Positions 26,587 to 36,900 of a stretch of 64,000 bases of DNA are shown piece by piece (position 1 is the stretch's first letter; each line of letters begins with the position of its first letter). The notes beneath the pieces were generated by a model. That model searched no databases. It worked only from the letters and a program-made list of their open reading frames with translations, and was not told where the DNA came from. Source of the DNA: a virus; the IMG/VR virus record IMGVR_UViG_3300028812_000003, positions 1-64,000 of that record; one strand, written 5' to 3'. The translations under genes and the position numbers were made by a program.

Positions 26587-27576
26587 TCAGCTCGCGCCGG
26601 TCTCAAGCCGGATGTCTATGGACTCGATGGCCGCCTGAATCCGGGCGACCAGCGCGTCCTCGTCGATGTCCTGCCGGTTGGCGGCGAGGGCGGCGACCGT
26701 CTTGGTCAGCTCCGCGATGGTCGCGGACTGCGCGGCGAGACGGCTGTCCATCGACCGCACCCGGTTGCCGATGTCCTTGAGGTAGCTCGCCGGCTGCCAG
26801 GTCGGGTTCGTCTTGCGGTCGGCGGCGCTGGTGGGCGCGGTGATCGCGTCCGTCTCCCACACCGCCTTGTAGATGTCCTGCTTGGTCATCCCTGCCATGG
26901 GGTCCTCTTCCTCTCCGGGGCTCCAGTCGGGCCCGTGCTTCAGCCGCTCGTCGACGTCCCGGCGGAACTGGTCCGGGGTGAAGGTGAACCGGCCGCGCGT
27001 GCCGTACCCCTCGACCGGCCCCTTCGGGTCGATCTTCCCCTCCACGCTCGTCTCCTTGTGGCATCCGACAGACTCGGCCGTCCAGCCGTGGTGGCGGCAC
27101 ACGGCCGCGTCGAGCCGCACCCACGCGTCGTACTGGGCGCGCGGGTAGACGTCCGTGCCGTCGCCCAGGTTCTCCGTCTCCACGCCGTAGCTGACGTCGT
27201 TGCCGTCGATGGTGCCCGACGCGCGGGACGGCGCGGGGTGCGCCGACAGCTCGTCGCGGAAGGACTGGTAGGCGTTGACGGCCATCGGCCCGGCGTGGTT
27301 GGCGCGGCCCGCGCTGCACATCGTGGCCGTGCCGTCCTTGGCGAGGTGGATGTGTGCGAGCGGGGCGGGCAGGCCGGGGACGCCTGTCTTGGCGACGATG
27401 TCCCGGGAGTTCCGGCCGGCCGTGTGGTGGTTGAGGATCATCCGCACCGGGCCGAAGGTGAGGCCCGTGGCGGAGTCGCGCGAGCGGGTGCGCCAGCCCG
27501 GGTACTCGGAGACCTTCACGCCTTCGGCGCGCAGGATGCGCAGCCACTGGTCTGCGGTCAGCGGGGTCGTCGACAT
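26587..27576 (-). CDS. Endolysin, N-acetylmuramoyl-L-alanine amidase
   Basis: PGWRTR, ILNHHTAG, GRANHAG, YGVETEN, GCHKE, KIDP. Confidence 0.9.
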   Translation of the reverse strand: MSTTPLTADQWLRILRAEGVKVSEYPGWRTRSRDSATGLTFGPVRMILNHHTAGRNSRDIVAKTGVPGLPAPLAHIHLAKDGTATMCSAGRANHAGPMAVNAYQSFRDELSAHPAPSRASGTIDGNDVSYGVETENLGDGTDVYPRAQYDAWVRLDAAVCRHHGWTAESVGCHKETSVEGKIDPKGPVEGYGTRGRFTFTPDQFRRDVDERLKHGPDWSPGEEEDPMAGMTKQDIYKAVWETDAITAPTSAADRKTNPTWQPASYLKDIGNRVRSMDSRLAAQSATIAELTKTVAALAANRQDIDEDALVARIQAAIESIDIRLETGAS

Positions 27577-27866
27577 CACACACGCTCCGGCCAGTGCCAG
27601 GTGCCGCCCGCCATGTGCTCGCGGTCGACGTGCGAGACCCCTTGATTGAAGAATTGTCCGGTCGGGTTGAACACGGCCAGCGAAACGATCCCTCCGCCGG
27701 CCTCCCCGGCAGGGTCTTCCACCTCCGTGATGATGGCCGCGCGGCACTGCGCGGTGTATGCCTGGCTGCCGTCCTCGCGGACCGGCGTGCCGTGGCTGAC
27801 GTAGTGGACGATCCGCCCGACGGAGGGAAGTTGCGGACGGAACGTGTCAGGTGCCGGTTGTGTCAC
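27576..27866 (-). CDS. Phage-type hypothetical protein
   Basis: PSVGRIVHYVSHG...CRAAIITEV...GTWHWPERV. Confidence 0.75.
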   Translation of the reverse strand: MTQPAPDTFRPQLPSVGRIVHYVSHGTPVREDGSQAYTAQCRAAIITEVEDPAGEAGGGIVSLAVFNPTGQFFNQGVSHVDREHMAGGTWHWPERV

Positions 27867-28164
27867 GGCGCGCTCCCTTGATCTGCGTACGGCCGACAAG
27901 CCATGCCTGGTAGAGCATCAGCGCCCCAAACAGGGCGGCGAGGACCCCGCGCACGGTGCGCAGCACCTCGATGTCCGCCCGGAGCAGGGTGACGCAGATG
28001 GAGATGGCCATGAACGCGGAGATGGCCAGAGCCTTGATGACGAGCAGCCGGCCGACGGAGTCACGCCACCAGCGCGCCAGCAGGGAGTAGACGGCGACGA
28101 AGGTGAGGCTTCCCGACAGGGCGAGGATGCTGCCCCACAGGTTCACCGTCTCCCCTGTCGTCAT
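27847..28164 (-). CDS. Putative holin (3 TM)
   Basis: Three hydrophobic helices; in lysis cassette. Confidence 0.6.
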   Translation of the reverse strand: MTTGETVNLWGSILALSGSLTFVAVYSLLARWWRDSVGRLLVIKALAISAFMAISICVTLLRADIEVLRTVRGVLAALFGALMLYQAWLVGRTQIKGARRDTTGT

Positions 28165-28400
28165 TGGAACTTGCCCCCAAGTGCGTCCTTGATCAGCGGG
28201 GCGAAGTGGTTGCGTTCACCCAGCCGCCGCAGGGTACGCGAAATCTCCGAAATCACCGCCGTGCGCTCCCGGGCGCGGGCGAGGTCGCCTTCCAGGTCGT
28301 GCAGCGCTTCCTCCGCCGCGCGGACGTCCTCGGCCGCCCGCTCGTCTTCGGCCCTACTCGCCTTGTGTCGGCGCCAGCGCACGGCCGCCCCCTCCCTCAC
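28161..28400 (-). CDS. Lysis-cassette hypothetical protein
   Basis: ERNHFAPLI C-terminal motif; overlapping stop/start. Confidence 0.6.
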   Translation of the reverse strand: MREGAAVRWRRHKASRAEDERAAEDVRAAEEALHDLEGDLARARERTAVISEISRTLRRLGERNHFAPLIKDALGGKFQ

Positions 28401-28686
28401 GGTTGGCGCGGGCCGCCTCGGAGACGGCGTCCAGCACGCGCTCGGTGGTCACGGCCGTACCCATCAGCAGGTCCAGTTGGGACTGCTGAAGGTCGATCAT
28501 CTCCTTGCGGCCGTCGGCGAGGGAGCGCCAGACGTCGATCTGCCGGTCCTTGTCCTGCACGACGAGGTCCACGGTGGACCGGGGCACCAGCGCCCCGCGC
28601 AGCACCATCAGCACGACCAGCAGCACGACGCCGCCGGCGCCGAGGGTCGGGGTGAGGAAAGCGGCGAAGCCGTCCACGGGGGTCAC
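28354..28686 (-). CDS. Membrane protein, lysis cassette
   Basis: N-terminal TM, LRGALVPRST, coiled coil. Confidence 0.65.
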   Translation of the reverse strand: MTPVDGFAAFLTPTLGAGGVVLLVVLMVLRGALVPRSTVDLVVQDKDRQIDVWRSLADGRKEMIDLQQSQLDLLMGTAVTTERVLDAVSEAARANREGGGGRALAPTQGE

Positions 28687-29165
28687 AGCCCGGTCAGCCA
28701 GGAGAAGTCGGCGGCCCCGACGGCACCGACGGCCGCCGTCAGGTCGTCGTCCGACAGCACGCCCTTGTCCACGAGAGTCTTGGCCAGCCCGATGAGCATG
28801 ACGTCCTGACTGAACAGCAGTGCGCGCTGGCCTGCGGGGAGCGCCGCGACGTCCACGCTCAGCTTGGCCAGCAGCACGCGGTGGGCCTTCCAGAAGGCGA
28901 GCAGGCCCGCCTTGGTGGCGTCGCCCGAACCGGCCTCGGCGAACACGGCGTGCGCGCCCGCCTCGTCGTCACCGCCGTAGGTCCAGGCGGAGACGAGGCT
29001 GAGCCCGGCGCGCGTGAGCAGACCAGCAGCCTCGGTCTGCGCGCTCTCGCGGTCGGTGGCCGCGAGGGGCCGGGGCGGGGTGCTCTCGCGGCCGGACAGG
29101 GTGGCGTACCACGTACCGGTGTCGTGGTCGTGGTGGACGCGGACGGGGGTGTAGCCGGCTGGCAT
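28683..29165 (-). CDS. Hypothetical protein
   Basis: AGGAG RBS; in operon. Confidence 0.65.
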   Translation of the reverse strand: MPAGYTPVRVHHDHDTGTWYATLSGRESTPPRPLAATDRESAQTEAAGLLTRAGLSLVSAWTYGGDDEAGAHAVFAEAGSGDATKAGLLAFWKAHRVLLAKLSVDVAALPAGQRALLFSQDVMLIGLAKTLVDKGVLSDDDLTAAVGAVGAADFSWLTGL

Positions 29166-29174
29166 GGTCGTCTC

Positions 29175-29711
29175 CTAGAAGGGCATGACGTGCAGGCGCC
29201 GGGACAGGAAGGTTCCGGTCCCGCCGGCGACCCGGTACTTCATCGTGAAGGTGTTGGACCCGGCGGTCAGGTCGCTGTGGAAGACCGCGTTCCCGGCGAC
29301 CTGGCCGACCCCGGCCGCGCCGAAGGTGGCCAGGCCCCGGTTGTCGGAGGCGGACATGGACGTGGCGCCGCTGATGTCGAACGCGACGCGGGACGAGGAC
29401 GCGCTGGTGTTCGTCATGGACGCGGAGAACAGGATCAGGGCGCAGTTGCTGGTGTCGACGGTGACGGCCGGGCCGGGGCCGGTGTCCAGGTCGCCGAAGG
29501 ACGTGGACGTGGTGGTGCCGCTGCTCAGGTCGACGCCCACCTTCGCGGTGCGTTCGACGATCTGGTTGGTGGCGACGGTGGTGAACCAGGACCCCGGGGT
29601 GGTCGCCTTGGCGGGCGCGACCTCGGCGAGGTTGTCGCGGATGAAGGTGTTGAACTGCGCCGCCGTGAAGACGGAGCCCGCGATGGCGGTCATGGGTGCG
29701 GTCCAGGCCAT
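29175..29711 (-). CDS. Minor tail/fibre-like protein, paralogue 2
   Basis: MAWTAPMTAIAG; Ser/Thr-rich beta protein. Confidence 0.7.
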   Translation of the reverse strand: MAWTAPMTAIAGSVFTAAQFNTFIRDNLAEVAPAKATTPGSWFTTVATNQIVERTAKVGVDLSSGTTTSTSFGDLDTGPGPAVTVDTSNCALILFSASMTNTSASSSRVAFDISGATSMSASDNRGLATFGAAGVGQVAGNAVFHSDLTAGSNTFTMKYRVAGGTGTFLSRRLHVMPF

Positions 29712-29720
29712 GGGGTCACC

Positions 29721-30260
29721 TCAGAAGGGGAGGACGATCAGTTCGCGGTTGCCGAAGGTCCCGGAGCCCGAGCCGACGAGGTACTTCATCGTGAAGGTGT
29801 TGATGCCGGGGGTCAGGGTGTCGAACAGGTGGGACGTGCCCATGCGCCAGACGTTGCCGGCCGCCGCGCCGTCGCGGACCAGGCGCCAGGCGGGGGACGG
29901 GGCGATGCTGGACGCGCCCGAGACGCCGACGGACACGGTGGAGGCGCCGTTGCTCACGGTGTTGTTGAGGTCGGCGGAGAACATGACCAGCGCGCGGCTG
30001 CTGGTGGGGACGGTCACCCGGGGCCCGACGGTGGCGAGGTCCGCGTAGGTCATCGACGTGGTGCCCTGGCTGGTGAGTACGGAGTCCTGCGCGAGCTGTC
30101 GCGCGGCGAGGGCGTTGGGCCCGGTGGAGACGAAGAACTGGGCGTCGCTCGTCGCCTTGGCGGCGGGGCACTCCAGCAGGTTGTCGCGGACGAAGGTGTT
30201 GAACTGGCTCGCGCTGAACGTCGCGCCGGCCACGGCGGTCATGGGTGCGGTCCAGGCCAT
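29721..30260 (-). CDS. Minor tail/fibre-like protein, paralogue 1
   Basis: MAWTAPMTAVAG; GGAGG RBS. Confidence 0.7.
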   Translation of the reverse strand: MAWTAPMTAVAGATFSASQFNTFVRDNLLECPAAKATSDAQFFVSTGPNALAARQLAQDSVLTSQGTTSMTYADLATVGPRVTVPTSSRALVMFSADLNNTVSNGASTVSVGVSGASSIAPSPAWRLVRDGAAAGNVWRMGTSHLFDTLTPGINTFTMKYLVGSGSGTFGNRELIVLPF

Positions 30261-30429
30261 CGTTCAGGCCACCTCCAAAGGACGCTTATCGAAACGAATT
30301 AGTTTCGGTACTCCCGGTACCGTGTGCTCCCCATTACGTATAGGAGAGGCCAATTTCACGGTTAACCTGACAACACGGTACCGGCGGTACCTGATCTTGC
30401 TGTGTGCCCCCACCTGCGGATTTTCGACC

Positions 30430-30888
30430 TTAACCCTTATAGCGCCTAACGTTTCCCGAAGCCCTCCAGGGGCCGCAGGCACGCCCTCCGCGCACACCGT
30501 GCGCCTCACCCTCCGCCTCCAGATCCCGCACGCTCTGCCCGTGGGGCAGGCCGAAACGCAGCGCCACCGGATGGTCCGTCGGGTACCAGTTCCGCGTGTT
30601 CGGCACCGGCCTGCGGGCCAGCACCGCGAGGATGGCGTGCCGGTCGTCCGGCCACGAGACCGGCGCCTGCATCCCGCAGTACGAGCACAGGAAGAACCCG
30701 ACCTCCGCGTCCCTCGGCCCGCCCATGCGCGACGGCCGCAGCAGGAACTCCGCATTGCCGCAGCCGGCCCGGTCGGGCGCGGCCCCGGGGCGCGGGCAGT
30801 CCGCCACCCACTCCCCCGCGTACACGTACGCCCTCGCCACCGCCACCCGCTCCTGCGGCACTTCCATCCCCATCGCTGCCTCCCTCAT
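30430..30888 (-). CDS. Tail-region hypothetical protein
   Basis: ARAYVYAGEWVADCP...CSYC...RNW; ATGA overlap with upstream gene. Confidence 0.65.
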   Translation of the reverse strand: MREAAMGMEVPQERVAVARAYVYAGEWVADCPRPGAAPDRAGCGNAEFLLRPSRMGGPRDAEVGFFLCSYCGMQAPVSWPDDRHAILAVLARRPVPNTRNWYPTDHPVALRFGLPHGQSVRDLEAEGEAHGVRGGRACGPWRASGNVRRYKG

Positions 30889-33800
30889 GTGCCCAACTTC
30901 CCGACGTCGAACTGACCCTGGACCGGGTCGTCGAACACGAACACCTCGTCGGCCGCGTCCGCCACCGTCAGGTCGAACACGCCCTGGTCGAACCCCGCGC
31001 CGCGCTGGTCGAACGTGAACACGTTCTCCGGGACCAACAGGTCCCGCTCGCAGCCGAGGACCACCGAGTGCACCGGCGGCTGCCCCGCCCGGTTGAACCG
31101 CTGAATGGAGTGCGCGACCCGCTCCACGAAGAAGTCCGCGTCCAGCCCCATCTCCTCGTTGACGATGCGGACGCGGTCGCTGACGGTGCGTCGCACCACC
31201 TGCATGAAGTGCGCGGGGTCGCTGGAGGTGATCCGGAGTTGCACCGTGGGCCGCCGCCGTGCGTAGTGCAGCAGGATCATCCCGGCGATGGCCTCCGCGT
31301 CCGCCGGCGAGGCCCACGGCGCGCTGTCCGGGTAGGACCGCTCCCCGTGGCGGCCGACCGAGCCGGGGTCGGTCATCGACACCCGCACCGTGCGCTGCAC
31401 CCCCAGCGACCGCGCCCGGAGCTGAAGCCGTGTCACCTCCAGCGGCCCGCCCACCGCGCGCACCGTCAGCGTCGCCGACGCGCCCGAGCGGCGGTCGAGC
31501 TGGAGGGACGGCACCCCGCCGCCCGAGCTGAAGTAGGTGACGTCCGTACCCAGCACCGGCAGCACCGCGCCCACGAACGGCTCCGAGACGTTGACCGCGA
31601 CGTCCACCGACTGCCCCGGCGCGAGGCTGTACGTCGACTCGTCGGACCACACCGCCTCCAGCACCGGCGCCGGGCTGCGCTCCTCCACGTCGAACGCCAC
31701 CACGTTGACGATGTCCCGCCAGCCGTGGGCGTAGGTGAACGGCTTGGTGAAGTCGTACCCCTCGGCGGGCGCCCCGGCCGCGCAGTCCCCCAGCCGCCCG
31801 GCGGTGAACGTCGCCCGGGACGTGAGCGACGCCTGCCGCAGCAGCCGGTGGTGCCGGTCCCGGAAGACGAACGTCCCGTCCGGGGCGACGTAGGCGACGG
31901 CCGGCGGGCCCTCCGACTTCACCAGGTCGTTGATGGCGCTCAGCGCGTCGGTGCCCTCCAGCCACCAGTACCGCACCACCGAGGCGCCCGGGTCGATGTC
32001 CCGCCCTCCGGTCCACCCGGCCAGGTCCAGCACAGCGCGGACGAGGTCGCCCGTGCGCATTGACGTGTAGACGGCCGTCGACAGCTTCACGCCCGCCAGA
32101 TCGTTGAGACCGTCGAGAAAGGTGAACTCCGCCGTGCGGTCGGCGAAGTCCGCGTGCACGTTGTAGTCGTCGGTGCGGCCCGTGAACAGGGGGTACGTCT
32201 GGCCGTTGAACGTCACCGACCCGCCCATCAGCCGGGCCGGGTCCAGGTCCCCGTACAGCGGGCTGCCGGTGTTCTCCGGACTGTAGCGCCGGCTGGTGTT
32301 GTTCACGGTGAACCCGGCGGAGCCGACGGCGGCCGGACTGAGCTGCCGTTCCTGGTCGCGGCCGTAGCTCACCGACACGTCCGAGACGATGTCCCCGGTC
32401 ACGTCCTCGGTGTCGGCCGTGAACGACGCGGTGAAATCGTCGAACAGGAACGTCACCGGCAGCGTGTTGGTCGTGCTGCCGCCCAGAAGGGTGCGCACGC
32501 CGACCGCCCCGGCGGCCGTCAGATCGGGGTCCGTGGCGGACACCTGCCAGCCGGGCTCCGCGCTCCCGGCGGGCCACACCTTGGCCAGCAGCCGGTTGCC
32601 CGCCACGCGCAGCCGCACCGCGTAGGCCGCCCCGGCGGCGTGCGTCAGCCCGGTGGCCCCGGTGGCAAGGACGACCTCTGTGCCGCCCACCCGCTTGCGC
32701 AGCGTCGGGACGACGGCACCCGTGGACGCCATTTGCACACGGACGAAATAGAAGTTGTTCGCGTCGGTGTGCCGGGCCATCAGGTACACGTACATGCTGT
32801 CCGAAGCGGCGGTCTGGTCGACGGAGAAGGTGACGCGCAGGTCCGTGTCCGGCGAGGACGCGGGCACGGTGGAGAAGCGGGACGCGCTGCGCGTGCTCAC
32901 CGCGTGCACACCGGCGGAGCCGTTGACGGAGAAGTTGGACGCGATGGACCCCGTCGACCACGCCTGACCGCTGTCGGCCGTACCCCAGCCGCCTGTGACG
33001 CTGCGGCCGAAGGTGTCAGCCGCGTACGCCGCGCCCACCGCCTCGGTGTCTCCGATGGTCCCGTCACCGCTCCAGTCGATGGCAAACCGGTAACGGGGCA
33101 GACCCTGCTCCCCGCACAGGTCCCACCCACCCGGCTGCGTGACCACCGTCGGGCTGTTCGCCGTCGCGGACACGGCGGCCGAGCCGGGCAGCGCGAAGGC
33201 GGCGACGGTGACGGGCTTCAAGGCGACGGACCACATCGTGGACCCGCCCGCGCACAGGCCGTCACCGCCGGTGGCGAAGGTCGCGCGGACCGCCTGCGCA
33301 CCGGGGGTGATGGTGGAGTCGGAGTCGTACAGCGAGGCGAACAGTTCGCCCATGCCGTCGTTGTCGTCGACCCGCTTGGTGTTGGTGCCGCCGGCGATGG
33401 TCGTGGACCGCGCGCCCCAGGCGGAGCCGGTGCGCAGCGTCAGCAGCCAGTCCCCGTCGGCCACGGTGGTGAGCTGCGGGTGCGTCTGCGAGGACGCCGT
33501 GCCGGCGGTGCCGACGGCCGCGAACTTCTCGATGGGCCCGGCCGGGTCGACCCCGGAGTAGGCGACCGCGAACCCGAGCACGTACGGGCTGCCCGTCGGC
33601 CACGGCTCCCGGGAGAAGGTGAACAGCGCACCCGAGGTCGACCCGCTGGTGGCCACCCGGTAGTAGACCCGCGTCTGCACCCGGGAGTAACTGGCCCCGG
33701 ACGGCGTCTGCCCGGCGCTGGCCTTGCTCAGCAGCGTCCAGCCGGCCGGTGTGGCGGGGCCGGTGTTGCTGTCGTAGGCGAGGACGATCAGCAGCAGGTC

Positions 33801-33902
33801 CCCGGCCTGATGGCCCGGGGGCATGGGGACCACCTGCCAGGTGGGCGACACACCGATGTTGGCCTTGACCGAGGCGCCTGCGGAACGGAAGGCGATAGGC
33901 AT
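30885..33902 (-). CDS. Large minor tail protein (tail tip/receptor binding)
   Basis: 1005 aa directly after tape measure; beta-rich; NTSRRYSPEN, DGTFVFRDR. Confidence 0.8.
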   Translation of the reverse strand: MPIAFRSAGASVKANIGVSPTWQVVPMPPGHQAGDLLLIVLAYDSNTGPATPAGWTLLSKASAGQTPSGASYSRVQTRVYYRVATSGSTSGALFTFSREPWPTGSPYVLGFAVAYSGVDPAGPIEKFAAVGTAGTASSQTHPQLTTVADGDWLLTLRTGSAWGARSTTIAGGTNTKRVDDNDGMGELFASLYDSDSTITPGAQAVRATFATGGDGLCAGGSTMWSVALKPVTVAAFALPGSAAVSATANSPTVVTQPGGWDLCGEQGLPRYRFAIDWSGDGTIGDTEAVGAAYAADTFGRSVTGGWGTADSGQAWSTGSIASNFSVNGSAGVHAVSTRSASRFSTVPASSPDTDLRVTFSVDQTAASDSMYVYLMARHTDANNFYFVRVQMASTGAVVPTLRKRVGGTEVVLATGATGLTHAAGAAYAVRLRVAGNRLLAKVWPAGSAEPGWQVSATDPDLTAAGAVGVRTLLGGSTTNTLPVTFLFDDFTASFTADTEDVTGDIVSDVSVSYGRDQERQLSPAAVGSAGFTVNNTSRRYSPENTGSPLYGDLDPARLMGGSVTFNGQTYPLFTGRTDDYNVHADFADRTAEFTFLDGLNDLAGVKLSTAVYTSMRTGDLVRAVLDLAGWTGGRDIDPGASVVRYWWLEGTDALSAINDLVKSEGPPAVAYVAPDGTFVFRDRHHRLLRQASLTSRATFTAGRLGDCAAGAPAEGYDFTKPFTYAHGWRDIVNVVAFDVEERSPAPVLEAVWSDESTYSLAPGQSVDVAVNVSEPFVGAVLPVLGTDVTYFSSGGGVPSLQLDRRSGASATLTVRAVGGPLEVTRLQLRARSLGVQRTVRVSMTDPGSVGRHGERSYPDSAPWASPADAEAIAGMILLHYARRRPTVQLRITSSDPAHFMQVVRRTVSDRVRIVNEEMGLDADFFVERVAHSIQRFNRAGQPPVHSVVLGCERDLLVPENVFTFDQRGAGFDQGVFDLTVADAADEVFVFDDPVQGQFDVGKLGT

Positions 33903-36900
33903 CAGGCGGTCCCTCCCAGCGCCTTGGGCAGACGGCCTTTACGGCGGAGCTGGTCCAGGGACGACACCAGCCAGTCCTCCGTCTCCCGGCGGGAGCCGAT
34001 CACCCCGTGGTTCTCCACGGTCAGGTGGACCACGCCCCCGCCGGTGGGCGCGGCGGCCTGGCGCAGCGAGGCGCGGTGGCTGCGGATGCGGGTCCCGGCG
34101 GGCAGCTTCATCAGCTCCGGGCCCAGCTCGCCCGTCCAGTGCCAGCCCGGCGCGGAGCCGTCGGTGCCCAGTGCGTAGCCGCCGGGCCGGTTGTATGCCC
34201 GGGGCAGCGAGCCGTACGCCGACAGCGCGTACCGCATCGAGGAGTAGATGTTGGCGAGCGGGTTGATCGACGTGCCGTACATGAACGGGCCGGTCTTGCG
34301 GAACCGGCCTGCGTGCGCCTGGAAGGTCGGGCGGATCACCTGCATGAGGCCGACCGAGGGGTATCCGCGCTTGGCGTTGATGTCCCAGAGGTTGACCGCC
34401 CGGGGGTTGCCCCCGGACTCCTGGTTCATCCGGCGCAGGGTGATGTTGGTGTACGCGGCCGGCTGGCCGACGAGGCGGAGCGCCTGCTGGACGACGCCGG
34501 ACCACCGCTTGACGCCGGACCCTCCGATGTCCACGTTGCCGCCTCCGCCGCCGAAGCCGAGCAGGTCCGTGCCGACCGACCTCACCGCGCGGATGAGGCC
34601 GTCCACGGCCATGCGCGGGATGCGCGCGGCCATGCGCGCCCACGGGCTCTTGCCGATGGCCGCCGTGATCCTCTTCAGCGGGCCCATCAGCAGATCCTTG
34701 GCCTTGCCGACCGGGTTGCTCAGGAAGTCCAGCGCGCCCTTGCCGAAGTTGGCGCCCTTCTCCAGCGCGGAGCCGATGGCGCCCTTGATGGAGCCGAGGA
34801 TGCCGCCGGACTCCATCATCGGGATGCCGAGGTGGTGTCCGGCCGCCTGCCACAGCGCACGCGCCCGCGAGCCGTACCGGGGGTCCGTCGGGATGACGTA
34901 TTCGGGCCGTGTCGTGTTGCCCTCGCCGACGATGGCGGTCGGCCGGTTGAAGACACCCATCGGCTCGCGCGGGCCCACGGTGCCGCCGGACTCCAGCAGT
35001 TTGACCGGCTTCAGCCTGTTGTCCAGGCCGATCCAACTGGTGATCTTGCCCCAGATGTTGACCAGGCCCTTGTTCCAGATCTTGTCCAGCACCCAGTTCA
35101 CGGGCGCCTTCGTCTTGCTGCGGATGCCGGACCAGATGGAGCCGATGCCGTCACGCATCTCCCGGAAATACCCCTTCACCTTGTCGCGCAAGGTCCGCGC
35201 CCAGCCGGGGATCGTCCGGGTGAAGAAGTTGCCGATGGGCGAGAAGACCCGGGACCGGATGGAGCCGTAGGCGTCGGCGAGCCCGTCGCGCAGGCTCCGC
35301 CAGGCGCCGGTGACCTTGTCCCGCGCGTTGCGCGCCCCGGTCGGAATCCTCCGGGTGAAAAAGTCGCCGATGGGTGCGAAGACCCTGTTGCGGACGGACT
35401 CGTAGACCCCGGCGAGCCGGTCGCGCAGACCGGTCCACGCGCCCACCACGCGGTCGCGCGCCGTGCCCGCCCAGCCGGGGATCGTCTTGGTGAAGAACCG
35501 GCCGATGGGTGAGAGCACCTGGTCTTTGAGGCCGAGCCAGACGGCGAGCACGTTCGCCACCATCACCCGCCAGGCCATCTCCACCTTCGTGCGCAGGGCC
35601 CCGGCGGCGGCCGGCAGCTTCTGCGTGAAGAACCGCCCTATGGGGCCGAAGACCTTGTCGCGCAGCCAGTCCCAGGCGCCGGTGAAGAAGTTGACGAAAG
35701 GCCCGGAGAACCACGCTCCGACGGCCCGCGCCGCGTCGGCGATACCGCCCAGCGCGCCCTTGACGATGTTGCGGAAGGTCTCCGACTTCTTCCACAGCAG
35801 CACGAACACGGCGCCGAGGGCGACGAGCAGGCCGATCACGATGCCGATGGGTGAGGAGATCATCGCCACGGCCAGCACGCGGAAGGCGGCCGTGGTCAGC
35901 ACGACTGCCAGGCGTACCGCCACCATCGCGTAGCGGAAGGCGAGCATGGCCGCGCGGCCCACCCTCATCGCCGTGGTGTGCAGCCACGTCGCCGCCGCTG
36001 CCGCCCGGGAGGCCGCCGCCGAGGCGACGAGGGTGACCCGGTGCGCGATCATCGTGGCGCGGCTGGCGTAGACGGCTCCCGAGGCGGCGGTGACCGACGT
36101 GCGGAACAGCCACGTGGCGGCCGTCGCAGCCGCCTGGTAGATGCGGTACAGCTTCAGCGCCGCGTTGACGGCGAGGATCGCCGGGACGAGCAGCTTCAGC
36201 ACCGGCGTGGGAATGGCGGCGACGATCTGCGCGAACACCTGGAGCATGAGCAGGCCGAACCCGCCCATCGGCCCGGCGGCCGAGGCGATGTCCGCCAGTG
36301 CCGAGCCGAACTCGGACAGGGCCGGGACGGCCGCCCGCGCCCGCTCCATGAACAGGGCGAAACTCTCGGACTTCCCGAGGCCCGCGCCGAAGTCGGCGAA
36401 CCGCTGCGTCAGCTCCACCAGCCCGCCCGACACCTCGGACTGCGCGGGCATGAACGCGTTGACCATGCCGACCACGCCGACGGTGATGTTCTTGACCGAC
36501 TCCAGGAAGTTGCCGAGCGCGCTGCCCGCGTTGCCCTGGAGGTTCGCGCCGAACTCCCGGAAGACACGGCCGGCCTGGCCCTCGCCGAGCGAGGCGGTGA
36601 ACTCCTTGATCTCGCGCGAGGCGATGCGCACGAACGGGGTCAGCTTGGGCAGCATCTCCCGCAGCTTGTTGATGCCTGCGGTGAAGATCGGCATGGTGGT
36701 GCCGGACAGGCTGTCCGACCACTTGTCGATGTCGTCCTTCAGGCCCTCGAACGCCTTGGCCGTCTCCCGGGTGGCCGGGGTCATGGCCTTCATCTTCTCG
36801 TCGTAGATGGCCTGTGACCGGCGGGCGGTGTTGGTCGTGGTGGTGACCTCGCCCAGCGCCCGGTTGTACTCCTGCGCCTTGGCCTTGGCCTCCGCAGACA

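Noticed and set aside
30889-32961. 843-aa ORF 30430-32961 and other long overlapping ORFs (e.g. 19877-21793, 35151-37391, 44022-46316)
   Set aside because: Arg/Gly/Pro-rich shadow frames typical of high-GC DNA; only 30430-30888 looks coding.
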